Source: Xylographa opegraphella
Lineage: Eukaryota
NCBI GenBank assembly: GCA_022813865.1
Contig: JALDZX010000075.1
Coordinates: 1 to 64,000 of the forward strand
Reading direction: 5' to 3'
Length of the DNA: 64,000 nt
Of the stretch, positions 49,546 to 62,592 are shown one piece after another. The position numbers and the translations under genes are program-made. Every line of letters begins with the position of its first letter. Position 1 is the first letter of the stretch. The notes beneath the pieces are model-generated. The model saw only the letters and a list, made by a program, of their open reading frames with translations. It was not told where the DNA came from and did no database searches.

Positions 49546-50364
49546 GGCTATGACCAGACTATCCGAAGCAGTACGCAGATTGAGCTCACGAGAGAAGAGG
49601 GTGGCTCTTGATATGTTCACAGCCAGGTACCGTGTTCAACACGAAGCTAGTGATCGAGGAGCAATGAAGAGGCATCGTGCCGAACTTTATCTGGACTTGG
49701 AGCCGATGCCACAAACGGGAAACCGCTCTCTCATCGGGTAACACGGAAACGCCCCACCAAAGGCATCATCCCTGCTTCCCCACACCCGAGCCCTGAGACT
49801 TCGCCTTACCCGCAGCCACCGGAATACGCACGTCGTCATCCTGTGCCGATCATGCCGTGGCTGTGCGGTGGCGTGTTGCGAAGCGAGGCAATAATCTGCA
49901 GGCACCTATCAAATTTTGCGGTTATTAATGCAAACATGCATTTGGTGGGGGTGGAGGGGCAGATTGTATGAGCGTCGTTTCGGAGCAATCAGGGCCTTGC
50001 TGCAGCTAGGCGCATCTACGAATTTCGGCGATGGAGGGTTTTCAGTGCTACTGGACTTTTGGGCAGGATCTGGCTCTTGTGGAGGCATTTCTTACGGGAT
50101 TATACTGCCTCGGACATGGCACGGTGTCGTGTGTCATGCTTTTATGCGTTCATTCAACAGATGTTCGTGTGCCAAACATATTGGAGGACTACCTAAGGCC
50201 AACGAGGCCGAGGAGCATATCCGGTTCCATGGCAAAGGAACATGTTGGCAGTACTAATAATGCTAGTTACTTTTCACGTGATTGTCCCGACAGTGCTTCT
50301 CTGCACCGCTGCGATGGAAGCGTTAGCTCGACCCCGCGCAGATGCGATAGCTCTGTCTGTTCTT

Positions 50365-53300
50365 TCACTGTGCTTCATCATCGTCTCCGGTTTCTGTCTC
50401 ACTAGCCCTCTCGCTGGATTCCGATGCTTCCTTTTCTCCCTTCTTCGCTTTCCTCATCACTCTGCTCCAGGACAAGCTAGGACGGCCACCCTTTTCGTGC
50501 TGTGGCGTGCTCGAAGCGCTGTCGAGACTCTTTCCGAGTTGCTGGTCGCTGGAAGCATCCTCGTCCACCTCGCCGGGAGTCGATGGTTCTCCAGCCTTTT
50601 TTGAAAAGAGACTGCCACGTTCTTTCGACCATGGGACGTTGAACTTACTTGAACTACTTTTCCTAGTGATGCGCTGCATTAAGGTCTCTTTGGGAACGAC
50701 ATTGTTAGCACTATCAGATGCACTGGCCGAAAGGGCGTAGTCCAAAGAATCATGAGATTCCGAAGTGGCTGTAGCGATGGAACGTGCATCCCTCGATAGG
50801 CGCGAGGTCGGAGGAGAAGAGTCCTCAGGTCCATAATCTGATTCGGTGTCCTTGGCCTTCTCGATTTCTTTCCCCTTGGAGTTTGTACTTTTCTTAGCTT
50901 CGTTACGACTGAACAGGCGAGTGGTGAAAGAAGGTGCAGCTGGGTTCAGCTTTGGTGTGAGAGCGCTTTGTCTGGCCTTGGATCTTCCTGTGCCAATTGG
51001 CGCTGGAGGAGATATCCCACTTGCGTAGGAAGAAGAGTAGTCGTCAGGATCCAGAGGTGTACTGCCAAGTGAGAGATTGCTTGTGGAACCATGTTGCATT
51101 GATGCTCGACGGGACTGACTGCGTGACCACGGACCACCAATCGATGACCAATCGGCAACCAAGGGACTGCTTCGCTGATGAGTACCATCCGATGGACCCC
51201 AGCCAAATGGCTGGCTATCTGACGAAGGTCTTGGTAAAGCGTTTTCGAATGAATACGTCGATGATGGCCTTGGAGACGCGGATCTGTGGATTGGTACTAA
51301 TGGATCTGATGGCTCAAGCTTCGTACCAAACATGTGCAGTCGGCTTCTCCGTGTCAGGCCAAGACTTGGTCTTAATGTAGGATCTCCGTCGCCCGTCGTG
51401 CTAGAACCAACGATGTTGCGAGCTAAGAAATTAGACATGGGGTTCGTCCACGTCCCGGATCCTAATCTGCGGCGTGCAGAACCAATAGGGTCGAGTGGAC
51501 CTTGATCAAGGTTACGTGGAAATGACTGACTTTGACCTTGTTTGAGAGTGCCCAAAGGAGGTGATTCATCGATCGATGCTTTGCCGCGCTGACGATTGAA
51601 GTTGAATAAGCCTGTCAGTCTACGTCCATTCAATGCATTAGTTTCCGCAGGTAGGCCAGGTGCAAAAGGAGAGCTAGTGGAGTTGATGGAGCGGCGGTCG
51701 ATATCTGTGCCTTGGTCACGCGACGAGTAATAACTAAGGGGATTGTGCACACTCTCGTGAGGGCTTGACATCAGGCTTGGTGATCTGCTGTTGACGGATA
51801 ATGGAGACTGCGGGTCCTGACTGTTGGAGTCGACGTTGGACGACATGTACGTGTTAAGAGTATGTGTAGTCATACCGCTTTCCATTCCACGCTGGGAAGG
51901 AAAGTTGAAAGCATGGCTTGTAGGGTCATCATCGCGGAGAAGATTTGATGGTATCAATGCATTGGCTGTAGGGCTCATCAGAGCTCCGCCAGTAAGCATT
52001 TCAACTTCTCGCTGTGACATGGTCGAGTGCTCAGGGCCTCCTGCAACCGCCATACCATTGTTAACATTGAAGAAGGGAGAAGTAGACGAGTAGATAGGTG
52101 ACATGCTTGAGATGCTGTTGAGTGTAGAGTTATGATTGGGATAGCCAGAAGATGATTGGGATATGGTGCTTGCTCGCGAGGCTCCTTGGCGCATCCTTCT
52201 CGGTGCGTGTACAGCGGCAGATGCAGGAAAGTCGAGGCCAGGGATAGGCGTAAACATGTGTGGTTCTTTGGCACGTTTATTGAGCAAGAAACTGAGACGC
52301 TCGTCGATTTTTCGGGCTTCGGATTCTGCCTGCATAACTATGAGCCAATGTGAAGTGATCTTATCTTTTGAAAAACATACCTGTTGGTGCGCTTTATATA
52401 GAGTCGCTATCTGCGCTTGATATTCCTGAATCCTCTTCTCGTGGGCCTCTTCTTCGTCTCTCTCACGTTTCTCGGCCTCTCGTTCCTCCTCATTCTGCTC
52501 ATCATCATTTTTCCTCTTTTGGTCTTCTAGAGCCTTAATCTTAACGCCCCAGACTCGTATTTCCTCTTCAAGGACCTTTATATCAGCATTGCCTTCATCA
52601 ATTGTTTGTCGCATTGAAGCCATGTACTTCTCGTGGGCTTCGGCCAACTCAGCCTTTTCCTTTTGCATTGCCTGCGTGTTTTCACGCATCTCGATGATCT
52701 CGGCTTTCCATCGTATGACCTCATCACGCTTTTTTTGAGACTCGGCCTTTCTCTGTTGCAACTGTCGTTCCTTTGCTGACTTCTTCCTTTGTGCAGCTTT
52801 GCACTGCTTCTCAAGCTCGTTGACTTGCTTCTTGAACTCGAGATGCGCTTTTTCCTTTTCTTCCACTTTCTGTCTTAATTCTGCAATCTCCTTCAAACCG
52901 GCTGCTTTGACGCGTTCATTTTCTGCCAATTCCTCCGCATTCTGCCTATCGATCTCTTCTTGCTGACGTCTCAACGAGTTAAGTTTTTTGGTCAGAAACG
53001 CTACAGTTTCTTCTGACTCGTACTCGTCGCCGCCATGTCCGGAATTCGACGGCTGACCATTTGTGTGCTCATTGTCACTTGTTGTTGATTGGCGTCCGGA
53101 AGTTGACTCCTTCTGCTTTTGAGCTAATGCTCGTCGTTCTGCAGCAGCAGCCAAGAGTTTCGGCGCTGTAGCCCCCGTGAGCGGAATCGTCTGAATTCGA
53201 ATGAGCCTCGAGAATGAGGAGAAGCCGGCAGCATTGGTCGCAATTGCACGGATACCGTAGTAGTTGCCCGGTACTAGGCCAGTGAGTGTGACAGAGACAT

Positions 53301-53893
53301 CATTACGATTAAATTCACCGACTGTGACCGTCCATGTTAGTGGATGTGTTATGATTTTTGAGCGTTGGACGAGGAAGCGAAGCCATATTTACCTTTGATA
53401 CCATTGATTTGAATAAAGTGTCGGAGAGGTGAATGGTAATTTTCAGGAGGTTTCCAGTATAGTAGCACTGAGTCATGAGTGATAGTAGACAGCGCTACAT
53501 CTGGTACAGGTGGAATATCGAAGCCTAAGATCACTTCCAATGCTGGAACAGGTATCTTGTAGACCTGGTAAATACGATAAAGGATCCTGTAAAGAATAGC
53601 CACGTCAGAAGGATATCTTATCAATCTCAGATGGTTTCCAATTACCACGTGACAGAAGCAGTCCATGCTATGTTCCATATCGTCCTTCCGATGTAATCGA
53701 TGTTTTCGAACACCCATATGGCAGCGGGTTCCAAATCTCGGAGGAGTCCAAAAAGCCACCACATAGCTTCGGCATACCACTGAAGTGGTGTCATCCACCA
53801 CGAAATTGTCTGACTGCCTACGAGTGGCAGTTGGGTGGTGGCTTCATAACTGCGACCGTGAACGAGATTCTGGATATCGTGTTCAAATGCCAT
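50365..53893 (-). CDS. Fibronectin type III domain and coiled-coil protein, about 4 exons
   Basis: The spliced FN3 strand pattern reads SVLLYWKPP...IQINGIK|VGEF...VTLTGLVPGNYYGIRAIATNAAGFSS. A coiled coil and an S/P-rich tail with KLNPAAPSF (PAM2-like) follow. Confidence 0.8.
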
Positions 53894-54403
53894 AGTCGCG
53901 ACTGACCTTACCGGGTGCGTTGCTGGCTCCCGGAGCTACGGCGCGGAAATATGTAACGACGAGCCGTTGGATGGGTGGGCGCGAGAAAAGATGTTGATCA
54001 CCCGAACTCTTAGTGTGACTGATCCTAGTCGGCATCGCCGACTCAGTCAGCCACCGTTCAGGACTCCGACATGTGAATCACGGGAACCGTCCACTCCCCT
54101 CCACCGGCACTCCTCAGTTTCTCGTACTTCTTTCTTGTTGGACTCTCCTCACACTGTCATTTCCCCCCTTCACGACATCCCTATCTACCGCAGTAAGAGA
54201 ACATTCACTTGCCCACGTCATTCGTTGCCGCACTAGCCCGCGCTCAACCTCGAATCAACGTCTCCATACCGCACTTTTGAGCAGCGCCAGATTTGCGTTG
54301 ACCTCGGCTATATATCGAAGGCGACTGGAGCGCTGTCTGCCCAGCTGCTCGTCACAGCCTTGGTTGTCAGTCACCCCAGAGCTTTCTCCAGAGGCGCATA
54401 GGG

Positions 54404-56990
54404 ATGCAGTATGTGCGAAGCATCAGTGGATCAGTCTCAAAAACATGGAACTCTATCAATCCGGCGACGCTCAGTGGGGCAATTGATGTGGTGGTGGTGG
54501 AACAAGGGGATGGTATGCTGTAGCAGCCACGGCTTGAACCGCTGGTCACTTACCCTATCTAGGGTCTTTGGCTTGTTCCCCTTTCCATGTTCGATTCGGG
54601 AAGTTTTCTCTGCTCAGACCATACGAGAAGAAGGTAAAGGCATCCTAGCCACCATCGAGTCAGTGACCTGGCAACTTCCGCTAATGCTCGATTAGGTGGA
54701 ATTTAAGGTCAATAATGTCAAGCAGCATTATGCAATGAAGCTTGGTGAAGGGGGAGAAGCCTTCTTCGTATTCGAGACTTCCGATGATATCCCTGAGTCT
54801 TTACAGACGTCGCCTATAATATCCCCAACAACGAGCCCCGAGGCGCTGGCTGCACATAACGCCGACTCCACATCGTCATTACAGGAACCCGATTTTCTGG
54901 ATATTACCTTAGAGACAGGGAAAAGACGGCCTAGTGCGTCAGTCTGGCAAGGGAATGATGTTCTTTCTGCTCATACTGACGAGACAACGCAAAACGATTC
55001 TGGTGTGCTTATACACGATCATTGGCCGACTTGTGTGACTGATGTGAGACAGGTAACTTGACACCATTGTCAGCGTCTCCGCCAGACTTACATGACAGCC
55101 CGGCATCAGGCGGCTGGACCGCAACGGAATTGAGACCTCGAGCAACTCTTGCGCGCTCCGCATCAGAAGAGTTTCTGCCACTTTCAACAAGAGCGCAAAT
55201 TGCTGCATTCGCGGAAGCCGGGAGAGCTGCGGCCTACAACAGAGCATCGGAGCCTCCAGATGCACCACGAGCTCGATCGTACGATGGGGCGGCTCGATCT
55301 CAAAGTCCACCACCATTGACGATGACTGAAGCTGTGGAGAGAGCTACTTCTCTCTCGAAGAAACTCTCGGGCCTCAACATACCGACACACGTTACGGAGA
55401 CCGGTGATTTAATGCTCAACATGAATGGATATAAGAGCAGTGAAGAGGACACATTGCGGGCGGAGGCTATCGCGAGAAAAATATTGTCAGAAGAGCTCGA
55501 AGGCAATTATGATATTGGAGCGCTAATCGGTGCGGACATGAACGGGAACCTTTGGATCTACAGTAGCGAAGAGGCGAAGGAATCTGCAGCTCGGAAAGTT
55601 CAGATGCCAAATCTAGCGCCGACGATCGCCATTAATGAAGCCGCTTCAGATCCTGGTTATCACAGTGACGAAGAGCGAAATAGTCCAGATTCAGACTCGC
55701 CCAAGATTCCTGCACCTGAGTTGATTAGACTGCCATCTAGTGGACTCGTGACGCCTCCTCAGACGCCGCCAGATCCATCTACTATTGTCGATGCGAATCG
55801 AAATTATGCTAAAACATTACGACTTACAAGCGACCAACTGAAAGCTTTAAAGCTGAAGCCAGGTCTCAATTCAATGAGCTTCAGCGCTGGTCGCGCCACC
55901 TGTCAAGCTTGTATGTACTATTGGAACCACAACGTCCCTGTAGTTATATCCGATATCGATGGAACAATTACCAAGTGAGCGAGTCACACGATCTGAAAGA
56001 GGCAATTACTAACAATATGCCCATAGGTCGGATGCTCTTGGCCATGTATTGAATCTGTTTGGGCGCGATTGGACCCATATCGGTGTTGCCAAGCTTTATA
56101 CCGATATTGCAGCCAATGGTTACAACATCTTATATCTTACAAGCCGGTCGGTAGGTCAAGCGGACACTACCAGGACGTACTTACATGGTATTACTCAGGA
56201 AGGATACAAGCTACCTAAAGGTCCTGTTATCTTAAGTCCAGATCGGACTATCGCAGCACTTCGAAGGGAAGTCTATTTGCGAAAACCAGAAGTCTTTAAA
56301 ATGGCTTGCTTGAGGGATATACAAACTCTTTTCAGTCCTCGGCCGAATCCTTTCTACGCTGGGTTTGGGAACCGGTTTACCGACGCCTTGAGTTATCGCT
56401 CGGTGAACATTCCATCTAACAGAATCTTTACCATAAACTCAAATGCGGAAGTGTCCCTCGATCTACTCACGTTGAACATGTATAAAAGCAGTTATGTGAC
56501 CATGAGGGAGGTGGTGGATCACTTCTTCCCGCCTGTCAGTCTGTTGATTGCTGGTGGTGGAGAAGAATTTACGGATTTCAAATTCTGGCGAGATACGCCA
56601 TTAGACCTGGACGAATTCTCAGCCAGCGATAGCGAAGATGAAACTACAAAGCGAAAAGTTAGAGGTCGTCACTCACGGAGTCTGAGAAGTCGGTCGGAAA
56701 GTAGCGAAGGCTCCGACGACGAAGACCAGGGGGATGGCATGGAAGATAGCTACATTTCTCGAGATTCGGTTGATGATGAAGCCGGTGACCTCGTCGATTC
56801 GATACTGGAAAGTATTGAGGATGAAGAATTATCTCAGAGCTTGGTACTCGAAACAGAAGACGATCAAAGTCAGATCCTCTCTACAATCAACGGAAGTGAT
56901 CCGCTCGAACTGAAGCAGACTCGAGAGCGAAAAGGTGAACCACCAAGAGGGAGACAGCATTCATACTTACCGAATAATTATGCGTCATGA
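54404..56990 (+). CDS. PAH1: Lipin / Mg-dependent phosphatidate phosphatase (Pah1/Smp2/Ned1), 5 exons
   Basis: N-LIP region MQYVRSISGSVSKTWNSINPATLSGAIDV...SPFHVRFGKF...MKLGEGGEAFF, HAD motif SDIDGTITK|SDALGH, and FYAGFGNR. Confidence 0.95.
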
Positions 56991-57580
56991 ATGGATTTGG
57001 ATTCAAAAGTGCAGTCGTATTACCACTAAAGCCTGGAGGACTTTATGGAGTCGAGGAGTTCGGGATTGGGCCTCGAAATGCGCTGTATTATATTTTTGAT
57101 GACAAGGATTGGCTGTCAGAGTCTTGTTTGTACAATACTGTAAGTTACGATATACTAGGCGATGTACTGGTCTCATGTACAGCAGCACCGAAAGGAGTTG
57201 GATCTAGTGGCATGCTGGGAATATTGATTAATAAATCTGAACACATTGGGTTTCCGCTATGAGATCTACACCAATTTATCAAACCACTCTTGACATGATT
57301 ACCAAGTAATATTACCACATCATAAAGCTCAAGCACCTTATCTCAATATTCGTACGCCATAGGTCACCACCGGGTAGGTAAATAGACTCAATCAATTCTC
57401 GCTGGATTCTGTCTCGCTAGAACGCAGCTTCGAATCCACTAGGGCGCTACTTACCTCAGGTACACATCCGAAGCTCCACTATCGTTGACTATCCCAGTGT
57501 CAACATTCCCAAACGCCCTCCTATCCATTCCACACGTCTCGACAACCTCTGGCTTCCGCACACCTACCTGTCTGGTCGCT

Positions 57581-58333
57581 ATGGTGGAGCCTAACGGCCG
57601 GACGGCCGACAGCCCCATTGGCCCCACGCAATCCACACAGACACCCCCTCCACCTACCCACCCGTCGAACCCCGCCATCGACGCCCCCCTCGCCCCCTCC
57701 TCCCTCCAAGACGACGGGCTGGGCAAACGCCCCCGCGACGCGCGCCTCATCCACATGGTGCTCGCGAACGCGGGCGTCACTGCCTACCAAGAGCGCGTGC
57801 CGCTGCAGCTGATGGACTTCGCCTACCGCTACACGTCCTCGACGCTGCAGGACGCGCTGCACCTCACGCACGAGAGCTACGGCACCGCGGTGCCGCCGGG
57901 TGCGGGGCGCGGCGGCGCGGCGGTGGATGCGAACGCCGTCTCGTTGCTGGGACTGAGGCTGAGCGTCGCCAGCAGGACGCACTACCAGTTCTCGCCCGTG
58001 CTGCCCAAGGAGTTCTACCAGGAGGTGGCGGCGGAGAGGAATCGGGTTGCGTTGCCGGGCGTGGGGAAGGAGTGGGGGAGGCGCTTGCCGCCGGAGAGGT
58101 ATTGTCTCACGGGCGTGGGGTGGGGGATGAAGGAGGAGTGGGATAGCGAGGAGGAGGGGGAGGAGGAGGGCCGGAGGGAGGAAGCGGTGAAGGGGGATGG
58201 GGAGGCCGATTTCGATATGGGTGATGGGGCCGAGGAGGTCGTGGGGGACGAGGAGGGGGATGCGCGCATGGAGGATTTCTTTGGGGAGGCGGAGGCAGAT
58301 GGGGAGGAGGATAGGGATATGGGAGAGGCGTGA
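57581..58333 (+). CDS. TAF9: TFIID/SAGA subunit Taf9 (histone fold), intronless
   Basis: Motif RPRDARLIHMVL...YQERVPLQLMDFAYRYTSSTLQDA, then RLPPERYCLTG and an acidic tail. Confidence 0.93.
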   Translation: MVEPNGRTADSPIGPTQSTQTPPPPTHPSNPAIDAPLAPSSLQDDGLGKRPRDARLIHMVLANAGVTAYQERVPLQLMDFAYRYTSSTLQDALHLTHESYGTAVPPGAGRGGAAVDANAVSLLGLRLSVASRTHYQFSPVLPKEFYQEVAAERNRVALPGVGKEWGRRLPPERYCLTGVGWGMKEEWDSEEEGEEEGRREEAVKGDGEADFDMGDGAEEVVGDEEGDARMEDFFGEAEADGEEDRDMGEA

Positions 58334-59165
58334 GGGAGATGGGGAGGTGGTAATGGCTGCGCTGATGGTGATTGTGCATTTAGCGACTCATTGGTTGGCG
58401 TCTTGGACGGAAAAGGGGGTGCCACGAGGGAATCTGCAGACGGATGTCAGGAACAAAAAAAAGGTCTCCTGTTCGCACTCTTCATACGGGAGCCGATCTC
58501 GCAGCTCCGCAGCCGTCTTGGACGAGAGGCACAACCAGAGCTATACCTCAACCCGGACCCAACCACCATGACCCAGGCCTTGCCAACCCGCTCTCATGCC
58601 CCTCATCCAACTCTCTCGTCCCTCCCAGATCGATCCCGGATCTCACCAGCATGCAAAGCCTGCGCTGAACGCCCACGTTGAAGCCACCCAGATGCGACGG
58701 CCAGTCCCCAGTGGACCACTACTCAGGCGCCACACCGCAACTTGATTGGCGAGCGCTATATATACAAATTCATGAGCGCGAGGCTAGTGCATCATCGTCA
58801 GTGACAGCTTGGGGGATGCTTCGCAGATCAGATGGATAAGATCTGTTTTGACGACAATCATGTGATCCATGCTACACGACCGAGGCGCGCGTTTGGGAGT
58901 TGTTGCTAGTGGACAGGACAGAGTTTTGCTCAACGCAGGCAGTCGAGGCTTGGGAATTAAGCGGAGAGGGGTGTTTGTAGGAATTGGGACATGCTGAGGA
59001 AGTTTATATGTGTTGGTACTTTACATAGTAATACAACTAGTATACACGGAGGGACATCATGTTGAAATAGCATTTAGGTTGTAATATATTAGCAACTATA
59101 CAGGTGAAAATAATAAATATCTACTCATCTACAACATGAGCATTGAGGGTTAAACCATCCAGTAT

Positions 59166-60128
59166 TCACTCAATCGCTATAACATCGTCCCATTCGAACG
59201 GAGCATCTGCAAAATCTTCCTCGTCCTCATCAGAGGACGAGCACGATGCATCATCCCCGCCTGTAATCCCCTGCTTCCGCTTCCAGGAACCTTCTGGAGG
59301 CAACCCCTGACCACTCCGCAGTCGCGCGTCCTCCGCCTGCTGCTTCCGCCTCTCCTCCCTCCTGTCCCATTCGGCTGCCTTCTTCGCCAGCCATTGCTCC
59401 TTCGTAAGAGGCTTCCGAGCCCGCCGAAGACCTTCTTCGCCCGTCTTATCGTCTCCTTGCGCCTGCGGCGGCTCCAGAGCCTGAGAAGCCTGTTCCTCCG
59501 GAGAACTTCTTCCTCTACAGCGACGACTATTTGGGTGGGAGGCCATGTCAATGGCGGTGGCGGCCTTGTGGGCGGCAGCAGAATTGTGAACATCGACGAG
59601 GGTCAGCCAGTGCCCGCCGAGATCCTTCAGAATAGCCCGTTCCGAAGGCCGGTGCTTGGCCGTGACGGTCTCAGCCACGACAGAGATTTTGTAACCACGG
59701 GAAGCCTCTCGAGCAGCCAGTTTCATGATGCCAGAGTTCTTTTTCTGGTGGTCCAGAAGCTCCAGCTCGTGACAGTGAGACTGCCACTCGCCCGTACGAG
59801 TGGCAGTAACGTAGGAAGCATTCGTGACTGTCTTGATCCTCATGCCACAACCAAGCGGATCCTGCGCAGCCCTCTGCCGCTTTCTACTACCGGGCTCTAC
59901 TTTGGACACATAGCTCTCAGACGCGTGCTTCCGGCACAGAAAGTATTTTATGGTACTGCCGTCCTTGGAAGGACGCGTCTTGTTTTTGACCCATATATTA
60001 TCAACGTATGGCCAGACCGCGTCCCATTGTTCTCGAGGCATAATCACTTCTTCTTTAACCAAGAACAGACGCATCCGGAGCGCGGCGATGTCAGCAGGAA
60101 CGTCGGCAAAGAGGGTCGAGGTGGACAT
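59166..60128 (-). CDS. ORF with a WRKY/GCM1-type (FAR1/Mutator-related) zinc-binding DNA-binding-like domain; no transposase catalytic core seen
   Basis: YFLCRKH-x-RKRQR-x-GCGMRIK-x-HCHEL gives a C..C..HxH ligand set, followed by LTLVDVHN and a basic/acidic tail. The frame is open upstream to 60293; the first ATG is at 60128. Confidence 0.55.
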   Translation of the reverse strand: MSTSTLFADVPADIAALRMRLFLVKEEVIMPREQWDAVWPYVDNIWVKNKTRPSKDGSTIKYFLCRKHASESYVSKVEPGSRKRQRAAQDPLGCGMRIKTVTNASYVTATRTGEWQSHCHELELLDHQKKNSGIMKLAAREASRGYKISVVAETVTAKHRPSERAILKDLGGHWLTLVDVHNSAAAHKAATAIDMASHPNSRRCRGRSSPEEQASQALEPPQAQGDDKTGEEGLRRARKPLTKEQWLAKKAAEWDRREERRKQQAEDARLRSGQGLPPEGSWKRKQGITGGDDASCSSSDEDEEDFADAPFEWDDVIAIE

Positions 60129-61458
60129 GTCGAAGGCGGAGCAGGGAGGGAGCCAGGCGGGCAAGTAGGCGGGAGCGGCGGTGCCAGCAGGAAGAGGCAG
60201 ATAACGAGGATCTATGGAGCTGATGAGTACAGGATCAGTGAGTAAAGAAGCCGCAAGCTGGAAAGAAGGCGCGACGGGTGTTATAGAATGCAAGCCACAA
60301 ATAAACGAATTGACATCCGGGAAGGCAAGGCGCTGTCGCTCAAGCGTTGGTAGTGAGGACTTATATCAATTCACTACGGAAACATAGATCGCAAGCAAAC
60401 TGGGCATAGTTCGTATGGCGAGTGTATTATCGTCAGAAAGCTCCATCCCAAGCAACAAAGACGCGACGTGGGTCAGATTCCCATCCAAAGGCCTGGCGCT
60501 AGGATCACACAATTCAGTGTAAGGTGGATCATGTAGGGACCAAGCAAATGCCAGAATGCAGGTCATCTCAGCCTCTAATTGAAACACGTACCGAGCTATG
60601 ATCTAGGGAGCTTTTCTTCCATACTGGTAGAGAAATACCGAGCAACTCCATCATTAGGATTCGAAGCTACCTATGGTGTACTCGGGACGGACCAAGTTAT
60701 CCCGGGACATTCTGCAGCACCCCTGTTCCTACCTTATTTCTAGCACTTCGGTTAGAACTGCCTTGACACGTCCGTAGCGCATACGGTTTCGCCAAGACTG
60801 GACGCTTCAACACATCATACCTACCTATCCTTCGTCGTATCTACGCACCTTCTCCCTCGTTATCTATTTCGCCCTAAACACCTCTCAAAAATCTGTTGCA
60901 TATTTACGTGGAAGATATCGGAATGACGTTGAATGAAGTATAGAAGCTATCACTCCACCATATCAACGCTGTGCAAGTAGTACATGTCTGAAAATGCGAA
61001 ATGGGTTCAAAAACCATTGCACCTGAGTCATTCCCAAGGCTGGTATGACAACGAATGATATTCTTGTTACAAGCGTGAGGGCCGGCTCTACAAAGATATG
61101 ATAGAAGTCCGTTTTCAGAGCGCTTTACGCAGCTTGGAAACTGCAGTCATTCTCATCATGGGGTGACTGCAGTGGTTTCTTGGCTTGGCTGACGGCTATC
61201 AATGTCTTGCGCAATCGGCAAGACTCGAGGTTTGTGGAACAGAGTATATCCTCTGACGACTCGTCTCCGTGGCCTTTCTTTCCGTACCTCCTTGATCTCA
61301 TCGTTGGAGCGAGTATCTGAACATGTCAGATTCCATAGTTATGCGCAAAGGTTTGCAGATAGCATCGGTGGGATTCCTTTTGAGTTTTGGAAATTCTTGT
61401 GTTTTATGGAATATGATGCTTTGTCCTGACGTCAAAGTTTGCTTAATATCATGCTGCG

Positions 61459-62592
61459 TCAAGGAAGGCATCTCATATTCATCCCTTGGAGCTCGACCAG
61501 CGGAGAAAGAGAACCTTGCATCTCTGCCGTCGACGTATTATCATGCATCTCGTGGGGCTGCGGCCTTGCACCCAGTTCATTTCTCGTTTCATTCTTGTAC
61601 TCTTGGTGGCCTTGCAAACTCCTCTGCTCATCTGCAGTAACGTGGTTGTCCTCACGGTACTTGGGTATAAAACGCCGACCAAATAGAAAAGAAGCAATAG
61701 CGATTACGGCGACGCATGCAATAGCGCCGATGACGATGCCAGCTATAACACCAGAGGACAGAGCGCTGAGAGTAGCTGCTGCTGCGCGACCAAGTAGATG
61801 TTATTATCGACGCACCACAGGAAAATACTTCGAGGGAGCGGGACACTTACCCACGGAGCCAGTGGAAGCACCGGGCAATGCAGACGATGAAGAGGTGCTT
61901 GTTTGTATGGGGATGGTGGAGACAAGTGATGAGCTCGATGCCCCAGACAATGAAGACAGGCTTGTCTGTACAGCGACTGTGGAAGCAGTGGTGAAAGTCA
62001 AGGAATTTTGTGCTGAGCTGGTTGCCGACGCTAAGTAGGCCGAATTAATGCTCATATCTGCCGAAACAGCCACAGTCGCGTACGGATTGGCGAAGTTGGC
62101 GGATCATATGTTGATTTGATTCGGAGAGGGGGTACATTCCTCATACTCGGTGTTGCAGCACTAGGCTTGCGGACACACCACGGGTTAGAAACGCCTGAGC
62201 ACAGATCACAGGATACGGAAGCTCACTTGTTCCTTCGTACGAACAGAGGTTCTGACCTGGACCTGCGGTGTTTCCAGCTCCGGTACAGTTTTCGCCCCAG
62301 TCGTAGCAAGTACTGAGATTGATTGTCAGCCTCAAGCCTGGTGCTCGAGCAGGTCTGCTTCAGAAACAGAAACCGACAGAGCATCTTACGGTTGCCCTGG
62401 AAGACAACACCAGGTCTTATTTGCATCGGCAGCGTAGGCGCACAATCCGCCGTCCGTAACAACATTGCAAGGCTGAAAAACGCCGGCTCCTGAGCAGTCG
62501 GTGGATGGAATAGAGAACTGGATGCCCGCGCCCCAGACAAATTTGCCAAAGAGAAGGGGAGGAATTAGCTGAGCAACACCACAGCATCGCAT
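61459..62592 (-). pseudogene. Mid2/Wsc-like type-I surface protein gene (Cys-rich head, S/T stalk, TM, short tail) with two in-frame stop codons; introns 62313-62389, 62166-62226, 61782-61850
   Basis: The spliced frame reads ...KTWCCLPGQP|TCYDWGENC...LCSYEGT|T*CCNTEYEECTPSPNQINI*SANFANP...S/T-rich...LSSGVIAGIVIGAIACVAVIAIASFLFGRR...PLVELQG. TAG is at 62161-62163 and TGA at 62104-62106. Confidence 0.7.
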
